From Octopus vulgaris (taxonomy: Eukaryota): a DNA stretch of 64,000 nucleotides. The notes beneath the pieces are model-generated. The model saw nothing but the letters and a program-made list of their open reading frames with translations. It was not told where the DNA came from and ran no database searches. The stretch covers positions 22,816,001-22,880,000 of the forward strand of contig OX597837.1 of the NCBI GenBank assembly GCA_951406725.2. Reading direction: 5' to 3'. The translations under genes were made by a program, and so were the position numbers. This document shows, piece after piece, positions 1-13,090 of this stretch (positions are counted from its first letter, which is position 1; each line of letters starts with the position of its first letter).

Positions 1-776
1 GCATAAAGCCAGATTTCACAGGAGAGCTGCAATCAGAAAACTACTACTTTGAAAAACAAATGTTGCAAAGAATTTAGAGTGGAGTAAAAACTTATAGAAT
101 TGGTCCCTAGAGCAGTGGAAGAATGCTATTTTCTTGGACAAGCTATCTTTTACCTTATTTTTGACCACCAGCCGAGTATACGTGTGGAGACAGCCAAAAG
201 AAGCATTTGACCCAGACTACCTTCTTCCAACTGTTAAACATGGAGGAAGATCTGTGATGATCGGGGGGGGGGGGGGGCTATATCTTGGAGATCTGCCGAC
301 CCAATGGCTTCCCTTCATGGCAGAATTCACAGTCAAGACTATTTAAGCATTTTATCTGATCAAATTCATCCTATGGTTGCAGAACAGTTTCTGGAGGGAA
401 ATGGAATCTTTCAGGATGATAATGCACCAATTCACACAGCCAAAGTTGTTACTGAATGGCACGAGGAAAATTCTAGTGAAGTTCAACATCTTATCTGGCC
501 ACCATAGACCCCCCAGATCTAAATATTATTGAACATTTACAGTACATTTTAGAAAAACAAGTAAGGAGTCGATATCCTCCACCATCAATACTACAAGAAC
601 TGGAAACTGTTTTAGCTGAAGAATGGACAAAAATTCTTTTGGAAACAATTCAAACTTTATACGAGTCCATACCTCGTAGAATTCAAGCTGTAATTACTAC
701 CAAAGGTGGTCCTACCCCATATTAAAATAAATTTGTTTGAAATTTTAAGGTGTTTTCATTATTTTGTCCAACCCCT
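1..776 (+). mobile_element. Tc1-like DNA transposon, degenerate 3' part (DDE transposase relic plus right TIR)
   Basis: ORFs 134..346 and 304..507 contain PTVKHGG, FQDDNAPIH and WPP, followed by PDLNIIEH in a shifted frame. Frameshifts and stops are present. Ends in ttttgtccaacccc followed by (TA)n. Confidence 0.88.
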
Positions 777-939
777 TATATATATATATATATATATAAT
801 ATATATATATATGTATATACATATATATACATATATATATACATATATATATATACATATACATATATATATATTAGACAAAAGAGATAACACAGCCAAG
901 GCTATGAGTTTTCAGGACATTTATAAGGAGATACAGATA

Positions 940-1090
940 TAGTCTTACAGCTGTTTCTGGGATATGGATATCCCTTCATCAGAGAAGTTGTGAGATAGTT
1001 AGAGGAAAATATTTGAAGTAAATGTTTTGAACTCAAACATTTACCGCTATTTAACCATCTCACATCGTCTCTGATAAAGGGATATCCATA
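940..1090 (-). mobile_element. Penelope-like pseudo-LTR fragment forming an imperfect foldback and containing a hammerhead ribozyme motif
   Basis: The minus strand reads CTGATGA-A-GGGATA-tcca-TATCCC-A-GAAAC-AGCT-GTA. An inverted truncated copy (tctgataaagggatatccata) lies at about 1070-1090. Confidence 0.6.
942..986 (-). ncRNA. Minimal type I hammerhead ribozyme motif (Penelope type)
   Basis: CUGAUGA and GAAAC core boxes, a 6-bp stem II, a palindromic short stem III (ACAGCUGU), a GUA triplet and a 3-bp stem I (ucu/aga). Confidence 0.55.
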
Positions 1091-1094
1091 ATAT

Positions 1095-1262
1095 TGCTAT
1101 GGGCTCGCCCTAGGCAAGAAGTTGAACATTTTTTTTGCCCATGAAACTACATGGATCCTAAGTAAGGCATGTGTAAAATTTGAATGAAATTGGTTGTGTA
1201 GTTCTCAAGTTTTAGGGAAACAGACAGACAGACACACATTCTCAGTTTTATATATATAGAGA
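1095..1262 (-). mobile_element. Non-autonomous Helitron/DINE-like fragment (5' end)
   Basis: The minus strand begins TCTATATATATAAAACTGAGAATGTGTGTCTGTCTG. The 39.2-39.6 kb element has the same terminus style. Confidence 0.4.
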
Positions 1263-1492
1263 TATATATATATATCTGTATGTATATATATATCTGTGTG
1301 TATATATATATATCTGTGTGTATATATATATGAGTGTATAGATGTGTGTGTGTGTGTGTATATATATATATGTGTGTGTGTGTATATATATATATACATA
1401 CATATATATATATACATATGCATATATACATATGAATTATATGTATATACATATATTTATGTGTATATATATATATATATATACATACATAC

Positions 1493-1533
<41 letters not shown>

Positions 1534-1543
1534 TAATTATATA

Positions 1544-1588
<45 letters not shown>

Positions 1589-1722
1589 TGTGTGTGTATA
1601 TATATATACGTGTATACACGCACACATAGAAGAAAAAAAGGATTAAAAAATTCTGGCAAATATCAATAAGGCATTCAGTATTAAAAGAATTTGGCTACCA
1701 ATGTTCAACAATTATCTATGTT

Positions 1723-1768
<46 letters not shown>

Positions 1769-1963
1769 CACACACACATACATACATGCATATGCACATT
1801 ATGTATGTATATATACACCCACACCGATACACATTTCATCTAAAGTGTACATAGATTCATACATGACACACCATTATATTTTTATATATATATACATATA
1901 TACACACGCATAAGCGTGTCTATATATGTGTATAAATACATAAGCATACCTAAATATGTATGT

Positions 1964-2001
<38 letters not shown>
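1250..2001. repeat. Compound (TA)n/(TG)n/(CA)n microsatellites
   Basis: Direct reading. Confidence 0.95.
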
Positions 2002-2003
<2 letters not shown>

Positions 2004-2138
2004 TTGAGCAGACACACTATCACACAATCTGTTGTTTACGTTTGAATTCACATTGAAAATGGTGAAGATATATTAACGGTATAAAATTCTTTGATTTACA
2101 CATTCTTGTTTATATTATTATTATTACCATTATTATTA

Positions 2139-2169
<31 letters not shown>

Positions 2170-2817
2170 CATTATTATTATTTTACAGACAGTTACTGCG
2201 TGCAAACCGTAACAGTGCTGCGTGTTTCCGCGTACAAATTATTACTGCATAGAGTGCGTTACAATGCACAAACCGTGTGTTGCGTGTGTGTCTGAGTACA
2301 AACTCTTAGTATGTAGGGTTTTACTGGATACAATCAGTGATGCTATATAAGCTGCTACTGTACTGTTACTGTACATAAGCTAATGTTGTGTACAAACTGA
2401 GACTCTGTGTAAGCAGAGTGTATAAACAATTACCAAGTATGAAAAACTGCTATTGTATAACTTATTTTTTATTCATGAATTCTGCATAATTACAAAACAT
2501 TAATGAAGAGCATCGTTTTCTGCAAACTGATGTTACATAATGTATATGTTTGTGTGTGTGTGTGTGTGTGCGTGTCTTTTATCTTTGGCTTGATTTAGTG
2601 TAATTGGACTGCACAGCCACGAAGGGTTCTGACCGGAGAAACTGACCCCCCTGTTATGACCCTTAAAGGGGTTTTGATCGAACGAATTGAGCCCCTATAT
2701 TTATTTGAAGTCAGGTATTTATTGTCTTGGCCTCTTTTTGCTGAATCAATAATTTATAGGAACATAAACCAACACTGGTGGTCAAGCAGTTGTGGACAAC
2801 AATCACAAAGACATTTC

Positions 2818-2890
2818 ATATATATACATATATATATATACACATATATATATATGCATATACATTATATATACATATATATATACAAAC

Positions 2891-2927
<37 letters not shown>

Positions 2928-3122
2928 TATGCATATATATATACACACATATATGCATATATATACACACATATATATGCATATATATATACATGCATAT
3001 ATATATATACACACATATATATGCATATATATATACATGCACATATATATATATATATATATGCACACATATATATATACATATATATGCACATATATAT
3101 ATATAGATGCACACATATATAT

Positions 3123-3173
<51 letters not shown>

Positions 3174-3358
3174 TATGCATATATATATATACATATACAT
3201 GCACATATATATATATATACATGCACATATATATATATATGCATATATATGATATATATATATATATATACATGCACATATATATACATGCATATATATA
3301 TATATACACACATATATATATACATGCACACGCGCACATATATATATACATGCACACG

Positions 3359-3410
<52 letters not shown>

Positions 3411-3428
3411 AACATATATATATATATA
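2818..3428. repeat. Long compound (TA)n/(CATA)n microsatellite
   Basis: Direct reading. It is the source of the spurious IY-rich ORFs. Confidence 0.95.
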
Positions 3429-3628
3429 GTAAAAGGTAGTATTAACATGCTTTATATAAATCGATTCGACAACAATGAAAAGTTTCTTATATATACTTAG
3501 TTACAGATTTTAATAAGAAAAAAATTATCTACATTTCTTGTACTAGCTTCACCCTAACAAAGTCGACCTACATCAATCAAATGTTCAACTTCATTACAAC
3601 ACACTGTTTATACATAAATGTACAATGG

Positions 3629-3784
3629 TGCAGGCATGGCTGTATGGTACGAAGTTTGCTTCCCAACCACATGGTTCTGGGTTCAGTTCCACACCATGGC
3701 ACTTTAGGCATGTGTCTTCTACTACAATCCTGGACCAACCAAAGCATTGTAAGTGGATTTGGTTGACTAAAACTGAAAGAAGCC

Positions 3785-3816
<32 letters not shown>

Positions 3817-4050
3817 ATCTCCTTGTCTTGGCAATGCATGACAGTTGTAAACGATTGTCACTGTCATACAAGCAGTGTCATTCATTTCCAATATTCTGTG
3901 AGACCATGTCTGGCCATGTGGAGATGTATTACCCTGTTTGGAAACAGATGAAGGTTGGTGACAAGAAGGGTATCCAACCACAGAAAATCTGTCTCATATA
4001 AACTCCGTGGAACTCATGCGAGCATGGAAAAATGAACACTAAATGATGAA
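3629..4050 (+). mobile_element. tRNA-derived SINE (family 1 head with an alternative 3' tail)
   Basis: Head gcaggcatggctgtatggta...gggttcagttcc (A/B-box-like), internal (TG)n and a (TGA)n-like tail. Confidence 0.75.
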
Positions 4051-4102
4051 TGGTCCATAAATGTTTTTCTTTTAATTGCATCTTTTAAGGAAGTTACAAC
4101 AT

Positions 4103-4505
4103 ACTCTTACTCTTTACTCTTTTACTTGTTTCAGTCATTTGACTGCGGCCATGCTGGAGCACCACCTTTAGTCGAGCAAATCGACCCCAGGACTTATTCT
4201 TTGTAAGCCCAGTACTTATTCTATCGGTCTCTTTTGCTGAACTGCTAAGTTACGGGGATGTAAACACACTACCATCGGTTGTCAAGCGATGTTGAAGGGA
4301 CAAACACAGACACACACACACACATATATATATATACATATATACAATGGGCTTCTTTCAGTTTCTGTCTACCAAATCCACTCACAAGGCATTGGTCGGC
4401 CCGAGGCTATAGTAGAAGACACTTGCCCAAGGATGCCATGCAGTGGGACTGAACCCGGAACCATGTGGTTGGTTAGCAAGCTACTTACCACAAAGCCACT
4501 CCTGC
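4103..4505 (-). mobile_element. tRNA-derived SINE family 1
   Basis: Near-identical to the copies at 9.6, 14.5, 15.6, 27.3, 30.2 and 47.3 kb, with an agtaaaagag tail. Confidence 0.85.
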
Positions 4506-4721
4506 TACATAAGTACATTTCCAAACTCAATACCAATGTACCGTTGCTTTTCTGATAACTGATGATTTGGTACCTCTTTTAATCAGATATAATTATGTGA
4601 GATCATTAAAATTTTTAGGAAATAATTATTAAGTTTTGATAGTAAGTCTTCACAACACATAGTAAGTGTGTCATGAAGGTGACCTCTCCTTCGCTAGATG
4701 CAGTAATATAAAATGCAAATG

Positions 4722-4847
4722 TTGAAAATTAATACAATGAGGCAACTATCTAAGGGTCCTGTTTTTGTGGACAGCAAGTTAATATTGAAAATTAATACAA
4801 TGTGGCAACTATCTAAGGGTCCTGTTTTTGTGGACAGCAAGTTAATA
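4722..4847. repeat. 63-bp tandem duplication (2 copies, 1 mismatch)
   Basis: ttgaaaattaatacaatg(a/t)ggcaactatctaagggtcctgtttttgtggacagcaagttaata occurs twice. Confidence 0.9.
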
Positions 4848-5239
4848 AGCAACTCATCTTCACAGTGTACCAACATAAAAGAGGAAAGTGTAAATATATG
4901 CCCACCATCACGATTATTTCAAGAGAGGGTCTGGTGGGGCTCCAGTAGTTTGGAGGTGAGTGTAAGGCATTAGATTTCATTTTAAATAGTTGCACTGTCA
5001 TATTAATACACTTAAAGGATTGGAAGAACATTTACACCGTTATATGTTTTGGTGAATATACACAGTATGTCTTGTAGGTTTAGTAAGGTTTAGTGCTGGA
5101 TAGGTGATAACATGGCAGCAGGAATATACCCAGAATTATTATTACACGTGTTCTGCTAACCCAGCGAACTGGATAATCCAGTATGGGACTGGAATTAAGA
5201 GTGCCAGAAAATTAGTGGTGCACCTGCTTTAATAATACT

Positions 5240-5525
5240 ATACAATGGAGAAGTTCTTAATCAGATCAGGTCGAAAATGTCGCTAGAAGCTAGGATCACC
5301 AAGCATAGATTGGCATATTTCGGTCATATTATGTGGAGAAAATCCCTGGAGAAGGACATCATGCTCGGAATGGTCAGTGGCAAGAGAGGAAGAACCTGCT
5401 GGCTTGACACCATCAAGAGTGATACTGGAATGGACATAGCCAATCTGAAAGAAGCGGCCCAGGATAGAACTGACTGGAGGACACTGATCCATTGAGTAAC
5501 TGAGAGTCGACTTCGACTGAGCGGA
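5240..5525 (+). mobile_element. RTE (BovB-like) LINE 3' fragment
   Basis: ORF 5277..5495 contains SLEARITKHRLAYFGHIM..SLEKDIMLGMVSGKRGR..WLDTI..LKEAAQDRTDWR, followed by a (GATA)n tail. Confidence 0.85.
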
Positions 5526-7729
5526 TAGATAGATAGATAGACAAGTGTCTTCATTAAGTTTTAAAACCATGATATGAATCACCATCACCATTGTTTAATG
5601 TCCACCTTCCATGCTGGCATGGGTCAGATGGTTTGACAGGGGCTGGCCAGATAGGAGTTTGCACCAGACTTTTGTGTTTCTTTTTGGGCATGGTTTTTAC
5701 AGCTGGATGTCCTTCCTAACATCAACCACCCAGAAAACTGGACAGAGTACTTTTTATGTGGCACAAGCAAAGGTGAGGTCAGTTTTGGCATGGTTTTTAC
5801 AGCTGGATGCTCTTCCAAATGCCGACTACTTTACAATGTGTAGTAGTCCAAATTACTCCATGAGCAGCATAGGGCCATGACTATTTCCTGTCAGTGGATG
5901 TGATATTGGGCTACCTCCTTGATTTTAGACCAAGAGAGATTGATTGTTTTCGCTTCATCTTTCAGACACCCTTTCCAGGTCTTCTTCAGGTTGCCAGCCT
6001 AACACTTGTCTTGCAATGTTGCATGGAAGTAATACTGTGTTAGATATGTTAATGTAAGACATATAAAGATGTAGATAAAATGAATTAGTGAGTGCACAGT
6101 TTTGATTAATATTTAATACTTTGTCGACTTGCAATCTGTATCACAGCCAACTTATCTGGGCAGTAACAATGAATAAAAACAGATACATAATACAGAGTAT
6201 ATTTAAGTTGTTTTGTAGACAACCTTTCCAGTGCTGGTGACACAATAAATTGCACCTCATCCATGTTGTTAAGTGGTTGGTGATAGGAAGAAAACTCAGA
6301 AGTAAAAAACATGCAAAATAAAACAATGAAGTTAGCTGGCTTTTCTTGGCAAGTGTATGTGTCAGCTGACATAACACTGCAACAAGTGGCAAAAATTCTG
6401 TCACAACATGCCGACCCATGCCAGCTTGGGAAAGTAGATGTAAAATTGCTTTCAACTTTTGGCTCAAGGCCAGCAGTTCGGAGGAGGGATAAGTTGATTA
6501 AATTGACCCCCAGTGCTCAACTGGTACTTATTTTATTGACCCTGAAAGAGTGAAAGGCAAAGCTGACCTTGGCAGAATTAGAACTCATAAAAATGGACAA
6601 AATGCTGCTAAACATTTTGCCTGGCATGCTAACAATTTGGCCAGCTTGCCACCAAAAGTAGATGGAAAATTATGATAATTCACAATGGTAATTGGTCTGA
6701 AGCATGTTAATGCATTCATATAAAGTAGATTAGTATTTCTTGTTTAAAGCTTAAACCTTTAACATTCATAATACTAATGGTACAAGATGTGGTCACGTCA
6801 TCATTATAATTCAACATCCACCTTCCATGCTGGCATGGGTAAGATGGTTTGACAGGAGCTGGCAAGTCCTAAGAGTACACCAAGGTCTACTGTCTGTTTT
6901 GGCAAGGTCTCCATGGATGGATGCCCTTCTTAATGACAACTAATTTACAGAGTGTAATGGGTGGCTTTTATGTGGCACCAGCAGCAGTGAAGTCACCAAG
7001 CAACCTGCAAGACAAGGCCCCTCAACAAAGGGGCGAGTAGTATTGATGGAGGTGGCTTTGTGCCAGGCAATGGAAGGTTGGAGTATGAATACAGGGATAG
7101 AAACTGATATAAATTGTATAAAGTTAAGAAGTGCATCTTGTTTAAGGTTGTGTTCATTACACTAATTGTGTTAAAAATGTTGATATATTTATAGTTGATT
7201 GCTGCTTCTAGGCCAGAGTTTCCCAAAATACCTTTTAATAAAATTTAATAAAGATATATTCTACAAAAAAAAAAATGCTATTCACCATTTTCAAAATAAA
7301 GTTATATATTTCTTTTTTTTTTATATCAATAAATTCTTTCTTGAAAACAATTTTATTTTCATTCAATGTCCCATTAAAATTAGGGTGGAGGTGGTAGAGG
7401 GGTTGTTGCTAAAATATAGATATAGGTTCTGTTTGAACTACAGCACCTATCTAAGACTTGACCGATTTATTTGACAATGTTGGATATTTAATTTTTGATT
7501 CCATGTTATATAAAACATTTTCATTTGAGTCTAAATTTAATAAAAGAAATAGAAACATTTTCTGAATTTTATCAAATATGGGAAAAAATGCATAAAAATG
7601 CATGCACAAATATCTATCTGTCTGTCTGTTTATCTATCTATCCATCCATCCATCCATACATACATACATTTTCCAATAAAAGAAAATTAGGTTTGCAATA
7701 AGAGAAAATAAGATGGAAAAATCTGATAC

Positions 7730-7884
7730 CATTTTGCCAAGGAGTTTCACACAACACAACAAAATCAACAATGTTGTGTTCCATTTCAAGCACTGTAATA
7801 CTTTTTCCATTCATCACTGTAATACTAGGTGTACGTCCCACTTTGTCATAGGGCATTCCACCGGAGAAAATAATCAGTGGTTCA
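7730..7884 (-). CDS. STXBP5: Tomosyn internal coding exon C, 155 bp, LLGL domain: (G)EPLIIFSGGMPYDKVGRTPSITVMNGKSITVLEMEHNIVDFVVLCETPWQN
   Basis: Overlaps ORF 7638..7856 and resembles tomosyn EPFIILSGGLSYDTVGRRPCLTVMHGKSTAVLEMDYSIVDFLTLCETPYPN. Acceptor tttgcAG, donor G|GTATCA. GG+T across the upstream intron rebuilds a Gly codon. Confidence 0.95.
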
Positions 7885-8954
7885 CTGCAAATATATCAGA
7901 AAAAAAAAAGCAATTATTTAAGCAGAAAGGTAGAAATAATTAAAACAAAACTATGTATAAAGCTTACCTATAAAGAGATATGCAAGTAATTTTTATTGAA
8001 TGTATGCATGAAAATTTATATTATGTGATTGCACTTTTGGTCTTACTGTTCCACACTCACACATCCTTTTTACACCAAACTTGCAATGTAAACAGACATC
8101 ATAAATTTGGTATTGTTTCTATTTTTTAAGTATTACATCTCATATTGCTTTCCCTTCTATTCAATAAAGAATATAAACTGAAACGTTAGATACTCTTCTG
8201 TTCCTTTTATTAGCACATTATTTTCATTGTACATATTTTTGATTGTTGTTATTTTGTTTCATATTTCTAGCAAAACTCTTTATTTCATATTGCTCAAGTC
8301 CACTCAGCTGGCAAAGATGATCAGCACCTGTAATTTGAAGGGCCAGCCATGTCACATTCTGAATCTCCTAGATAGCTACATTAAGGGTACGCATGTCTGT
8401 GGAGCACTCAGTCACTTGCACATTAATTTCATGAATAGGCTGTTCCATTGATTAGATCAACTGGAACCTGTACCTTTGTAGCTGACAGAGTGCCAGTACT
8501 GCTTCAAGTTGTTTAGTACTATGTCAGTCCTGACTGAGCAGACCTATGAGCAAAGGTATTTCATCTGTGAGCATCCTACTTTTTCCATATATGTAGGGAA
8601 CCTAAGACAATATGCTCTTTCCTTGACAGATTTAGCTTCTGATCACCTCAGTATGAAAAAAAGGAAATGACTAAGATGATAATGATAATCACAAGGACAT
8701 AAGGCAGAGTGGTTATGTAGCATAGACAGCAAAATATTGACTAGTCAGCAAATGAAAACTATATTTTAGATAAATTTATTTATATCTAGTTAAAGATAAC
8801 GAAGATGTGTTTATGTCTAATATAAATGTGTCAGCTTATTTCTGTGTTAAATATAGAATATAAGATGTAAACACCGAAGTTTGTTGGTTTTACAAAATCT
8901 GATGTGAAATATGAATGGTTTGACAAAAATATAGAAATTTAGAAGAGTATAGAG

Positions 8955-9473
8955 CAGTGATTCCCAATGTGGGGCATATGCTCCAATGTGAGGCTTGGGG
9001 AAAATTGTAGAGGGGCATGGGATCTAAAACTCTTTTCTTTTTTTAGTGGGACATAGGATTGTGAAAATCTTTTTTCACAGCAAATATACTACACCTATAC
9101 TCAGCTTAGCTAGATCAGTCCCTCCAACCAAGTATATTGTATGAAGACAATGCTACAGTACAGAAGTACAGTGCCATTCTAATGCCCTTGTGTGGATAGC
9201 AGACTTGAAATTACAAAACGAGGTGATTTATGGCTGAAGCTAACAAAATTGTCTCCTCAAATCAAGGAAATTTACCATAATCACCAGGCACAAGGTTCTC
9301 ATTAAAATGCTTCACTTTTTTTCCTTAGTCAGTTACTGGTAGATTCTTTTGTATTAAATAATTGTAATAAAATATTAAAAATAAAGTTGTTTTTTACCAA
9401 CTACTTGTGGGTGATACATTTTTCTGAAAAGTTATAGTGGAGTCTGGGGGGAAAATAGGTCGAGGAAATACTG
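8955..9473 (+). mobile_element. hAT (Buster/Charlie-like) internally deleted element
   Basis: CAGTGATTCCCAA...GGAAATACTG termini and 8-bp NNNTANNN-like flanks (gtatagag/ttgtagag). The internal LKLTKLSPQIKEIYHNHQAQGSH* is typical of the transposase C-terminus. Confidence 0.7.
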
Positions 9474-9596
9474 TTGTAGAGAATAAGAGCAGGAGTATAG
9501 AGAACTGAAACAGACCATTGATATAATACTGTCTTTTTCTCACTGCATGATTATTCTAAATTAGCTTTTTTCACATGCAATGCATGGCATTATATA

Positions 9597-9984
9597 CTCT
9601 CTTTTACTCTTTTACTTGTTTCAGTCATTTGACTGCGGCCATGCTGGAGCACCGCCTTTAGTCGAGCAAATCGACCCCGGGACTTATTCTTTGTAAGCCC
9701 AGTACTTATTCTATCGGTCTCTTTTGCCGAACCGCTAAGTGACGGGGACATAAACACACCAGCATCGGTTGTCACAGACACACAAACACACACATACACA
9801 TATATATACATACATATATACGACAGGCTTCTTTCAGTTTCCGTCTACCAAATCCACTCACAAGGCGTTTTTCAGCCCGGGGCTATAGCAGAAGACACTT
9901 GCCCAAGATGCCACGCAGTGGGACTGAACCCGGAACCATGTGGTTGGTTAGCAAGCTACTTACCACACAGCCACTCCTGCGCCT
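9597..9984 (-). mobile_element. tRNA-derived SINE family 1 (young copy)
   Basis: The minus strand starts GGCGCAGGAGTGGCTGTGTGGTAAG...GGGTTCAGTCCC, and CpGs are retained. Confidence 0.88.
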
Positions 9985-10819
9985 AACTTTGCTTTTCTGA
10001 AGACGTTTAATAATACAGAAACACAGAGTTGTCTTCTATACTTGCTGAAATGTTTGCATGGCCTCAACTAAGGAGAGAGATGTAGAACTGAGATGGCTTT
10101 GTGGATAAAGTACAAGATTATTCCATTGTTTTTGGGTAGAATACTATTCTACATTATCTCTCTCTGTTCCTCCTGTATGTCAGGAAAAGATCACCTAGTA
10201 TGTTCTTTGAAACAGACTTGTGTCGTACCTAAGGAGTGGAGTAGGGGCTTTATTATTTATTTAATGCCAAGAACACCAGAATTAGGTTTTGCCTCTTAAA
10301 AACAAAAATGAAAAAATAAAAGAAAGAACCAGTACTTCAGAAGTTAGTTGGGAATTACGAGAATCCCATGATGGTTCTTGTTGTTTAGTACAATGCCAGC
10401 TCCGACTGAGCAGACCTATGAGCAAAGGTATTCCATCTGTGACCACCCCACCTTTTTCCCTATATGTGGGGAACCTAGCCCACATTATTCAACAAGCTCT
10501 TTTTTTGATAGAAACTTAGAAGCTAGTTCTTGAATGTTGAGTGGGCTTTGTAGAGGCACCCCACACTCTTGAAAGTCTCACAGGGAGATAGTTATGTAAT
10601 CATTCCTTCCGTGCAATTTTTACACTAACTTTTTCATGTCAATGTGACGCTTCTGTTAATTTAGGATTTATGCTTAATTTTCTGCAGTTGTTTTTTGAAA
10701 GTCAGAGGATTTTATTGAGATTATTGCAATGGCAGAGAATGTTTACCGAATTGGCCTAACCCAGAAAAATGAAAAACACTAAAGAATAAAGACAGACAAC
10801 AGGCTGTGAGAATCGGTAA

Positions 10820-11270
10820 CAATGAGATGGAAGACACTGAAGAATTTGTCTACTTCAGGGTGACAGTCGAGAAAGACGGAGGTGAAAGGAGGTTTTAAAG
10901 AAACAGAATATCCAAAGCCTGGAGAGAATTATACAATCTAACAAGGTATGGAGAAGCAAAGGTATATGCCACAAAATGAAGCTGAAGCTGTCCGAGACAT
11001 TGGACCAACCAGTATTACTCTACAAATGTGAAAACTGGAAAGTGACAAAGATGCAAGGAAAAAAAACCATAGACAGCTTCCACTTCATATGCTTAGGAAG
11101 AATACTTGACATCAAGCGGCTGCAAAGAGCCCAAAAATGACACAATTGAGATGACAAAGAGCATCAACAGGATTAGTGATGAAATAAGATGCAAATACTG
11201 GAACTGGATTGGACCTGTCTTCAGACAAGATCGGAGAAGTGATTGTATGGTGGAGCTAAAGTGGCAGTTG
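10820..11270 (+). mobile_element. Degenerate RTE-type LINE RT/C-terminal fragment
   Basis: Relics of EEFVY..VTVEKDGG, LVxPVLLYxCExW and IRCKYWNWIG, with many frameshifts. Confidence 0.65.
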
Positions 11271-12695
11271 TACAACCTATCCATTATTGTTTATTCTCAG
11301 ATCAGCTCTGATCAAGATCTTAAATATATGATAAAAGACATTCCAGAAGTGACCATTCCATCATTTTTTTTAATATCAGAAACTGGCCCTATGCTCCCTA
11401 GGGAGCATAGGGCCAGTTTCCCAGTTTCTCTGGTGTATATATTCCTCCCTGGATGGGATGCTAGTCTATTGCAGGAGTAATCATTTTTACCAGCTGAGTA
11501 AACTGGAGCAATATGAAATGAAGTGTTTTGCTCAAGAACACAATGCATTGCCTGGTTCAGGAATTGAAACCACAATCTTATGATCATGAGTCCAACACTC
11601 TAACACTGACCCATGTGCCTCTACACTGGACTAATCATCACCATCATCCTTTAGTGTCTGTTGCCCTCGCTGGCATGAGATGGATGGTTTGACCAGGGCT
11701 GGTAAGCTGGAAGGCTGCACCAGACTCCAATCTGATTTGGCATCGTTTTCTACAGCTGGAGCCCTTCCTAACACCAATCATTCTGAGAGTGTAATGGATG
11801 CTTTTACGTGTCATCAGCATGGGTGCCATTTGTGCGACACCAGTATCTGCCATGACCGCAATTTTGCTTGGCTTGACGAGTCTTCACAAGCATGATCAGC
11901 CCTGATCAAGTAAATCTTAAATCTATGATGGACATTCAAGTTAAGTAACCACATGGGAATGGTTGCACTTGCCTGTTGTACAGACATGAATCAAGGACGT
12001 CCTTCCTACAACTAATAGCTCAGGCTGTGTGTTTACAAGTTGTGGCATGAAATAAACAGACAAGCAAGGAGCTTGTCCATTGTCTTGGTGTCCATCTGTT
12101 GTTCTTTTAAGAAGCCAACTTAAGACAAAATGGTGAGATGATTTCATTTGATAGCTGGGGCCTACATGGCCAAGACTGGCCAGAGACAGACAGTGTTGGA
12201 AGGTGTTCAGGGAGGGGTTCCTCTTTCAGGAGTGACAAAACTCTGGATAAGGATAAGAATGCAAAGCACTGTGGCTTGATTTATGTCACCTAGATTATCT
12301 GAAACAGGCAGAGTTATTCGTTCAAAGGTAAGTTCACTGCAGTAGAGTTTACCACCATCAATTCACTGGGAGGAAAGGTTAGTGCCAGGAAGAGTTCCCC
12401 AGAAAAAAACCCATGGTATCTCACCATTAATAGTTAAAACTATTTTATAAAAAAACAAAAAACAAAAAAACAAAAACAAAAACGGTGAATTGATGACAGT
12501 GAACTCTCCCTACAGTGAAATGATGACAGCAAATTTTATCGGACATGGAGTTATTCCACTTGTTTAGATGGGTGGGAGTGAGTAGGGATGTGCACAACAT
12601 AATTGTTGCAATAGTAAGATTTGAACTCAGGAACATGTGGTTTAGAAAATTAATCAGACAACCATAGTGTTTCTTGAAACAATAGTAATTACTCA

Positions 12696-13090
12696 GGCTC
12701 AAGTGTGGCTGTGTGGTAAAAAGTTTGCTCCTCTACAGTATGGTACCTTTCGAAAGTGTCTTCTACTACTGTCCTGGACCAACCAAAGCCTTGTGATTGG
12801 ATTTGGCAGAGGGAAACTGAAAGCAGCCCATCATATATATACATGTGTGTATGTCTTTGTGTTTGTCCCTACACCACTGCTTTACAACCAGTGTTGGTTT
12901 GTTTACATCCCCTCTAATTTAGTTGGTTGGCAAAAAAACCCCAAAAAACTATTAGAATAAGTACCAGGCTTATAAAAGAAAATCCCCCCAAAACATAATA
13001 ATAGGGTCAATTTGTTTAACTAAAGCCTTCAAGGTGGTGTCCCTAGCATGGCAGCAGTCTAATGACTGGAACATGTAAAGAAAAGATAAA
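12696..13090 (+). mobile_element. SINE family 1, diverged
   Basis: Homologous to the other copies. Confidence 0.75.

Noticed and set aside
1147-3500. Many long IY/YI/HT-rich ORFs (also at 42.4-44.7 kb and 46.6-47.1 kb)
   Set aside because: They are translations of (TA)n/(CA)n microsatellites, open in several frames on both strands.
6139-6162. tatcacagccaac resembles the 5' end of miR-2/miR-13
   Set aside because: There is no complementary 5' arm nearby to form a precursor hairpin, and the 3' half does not match.
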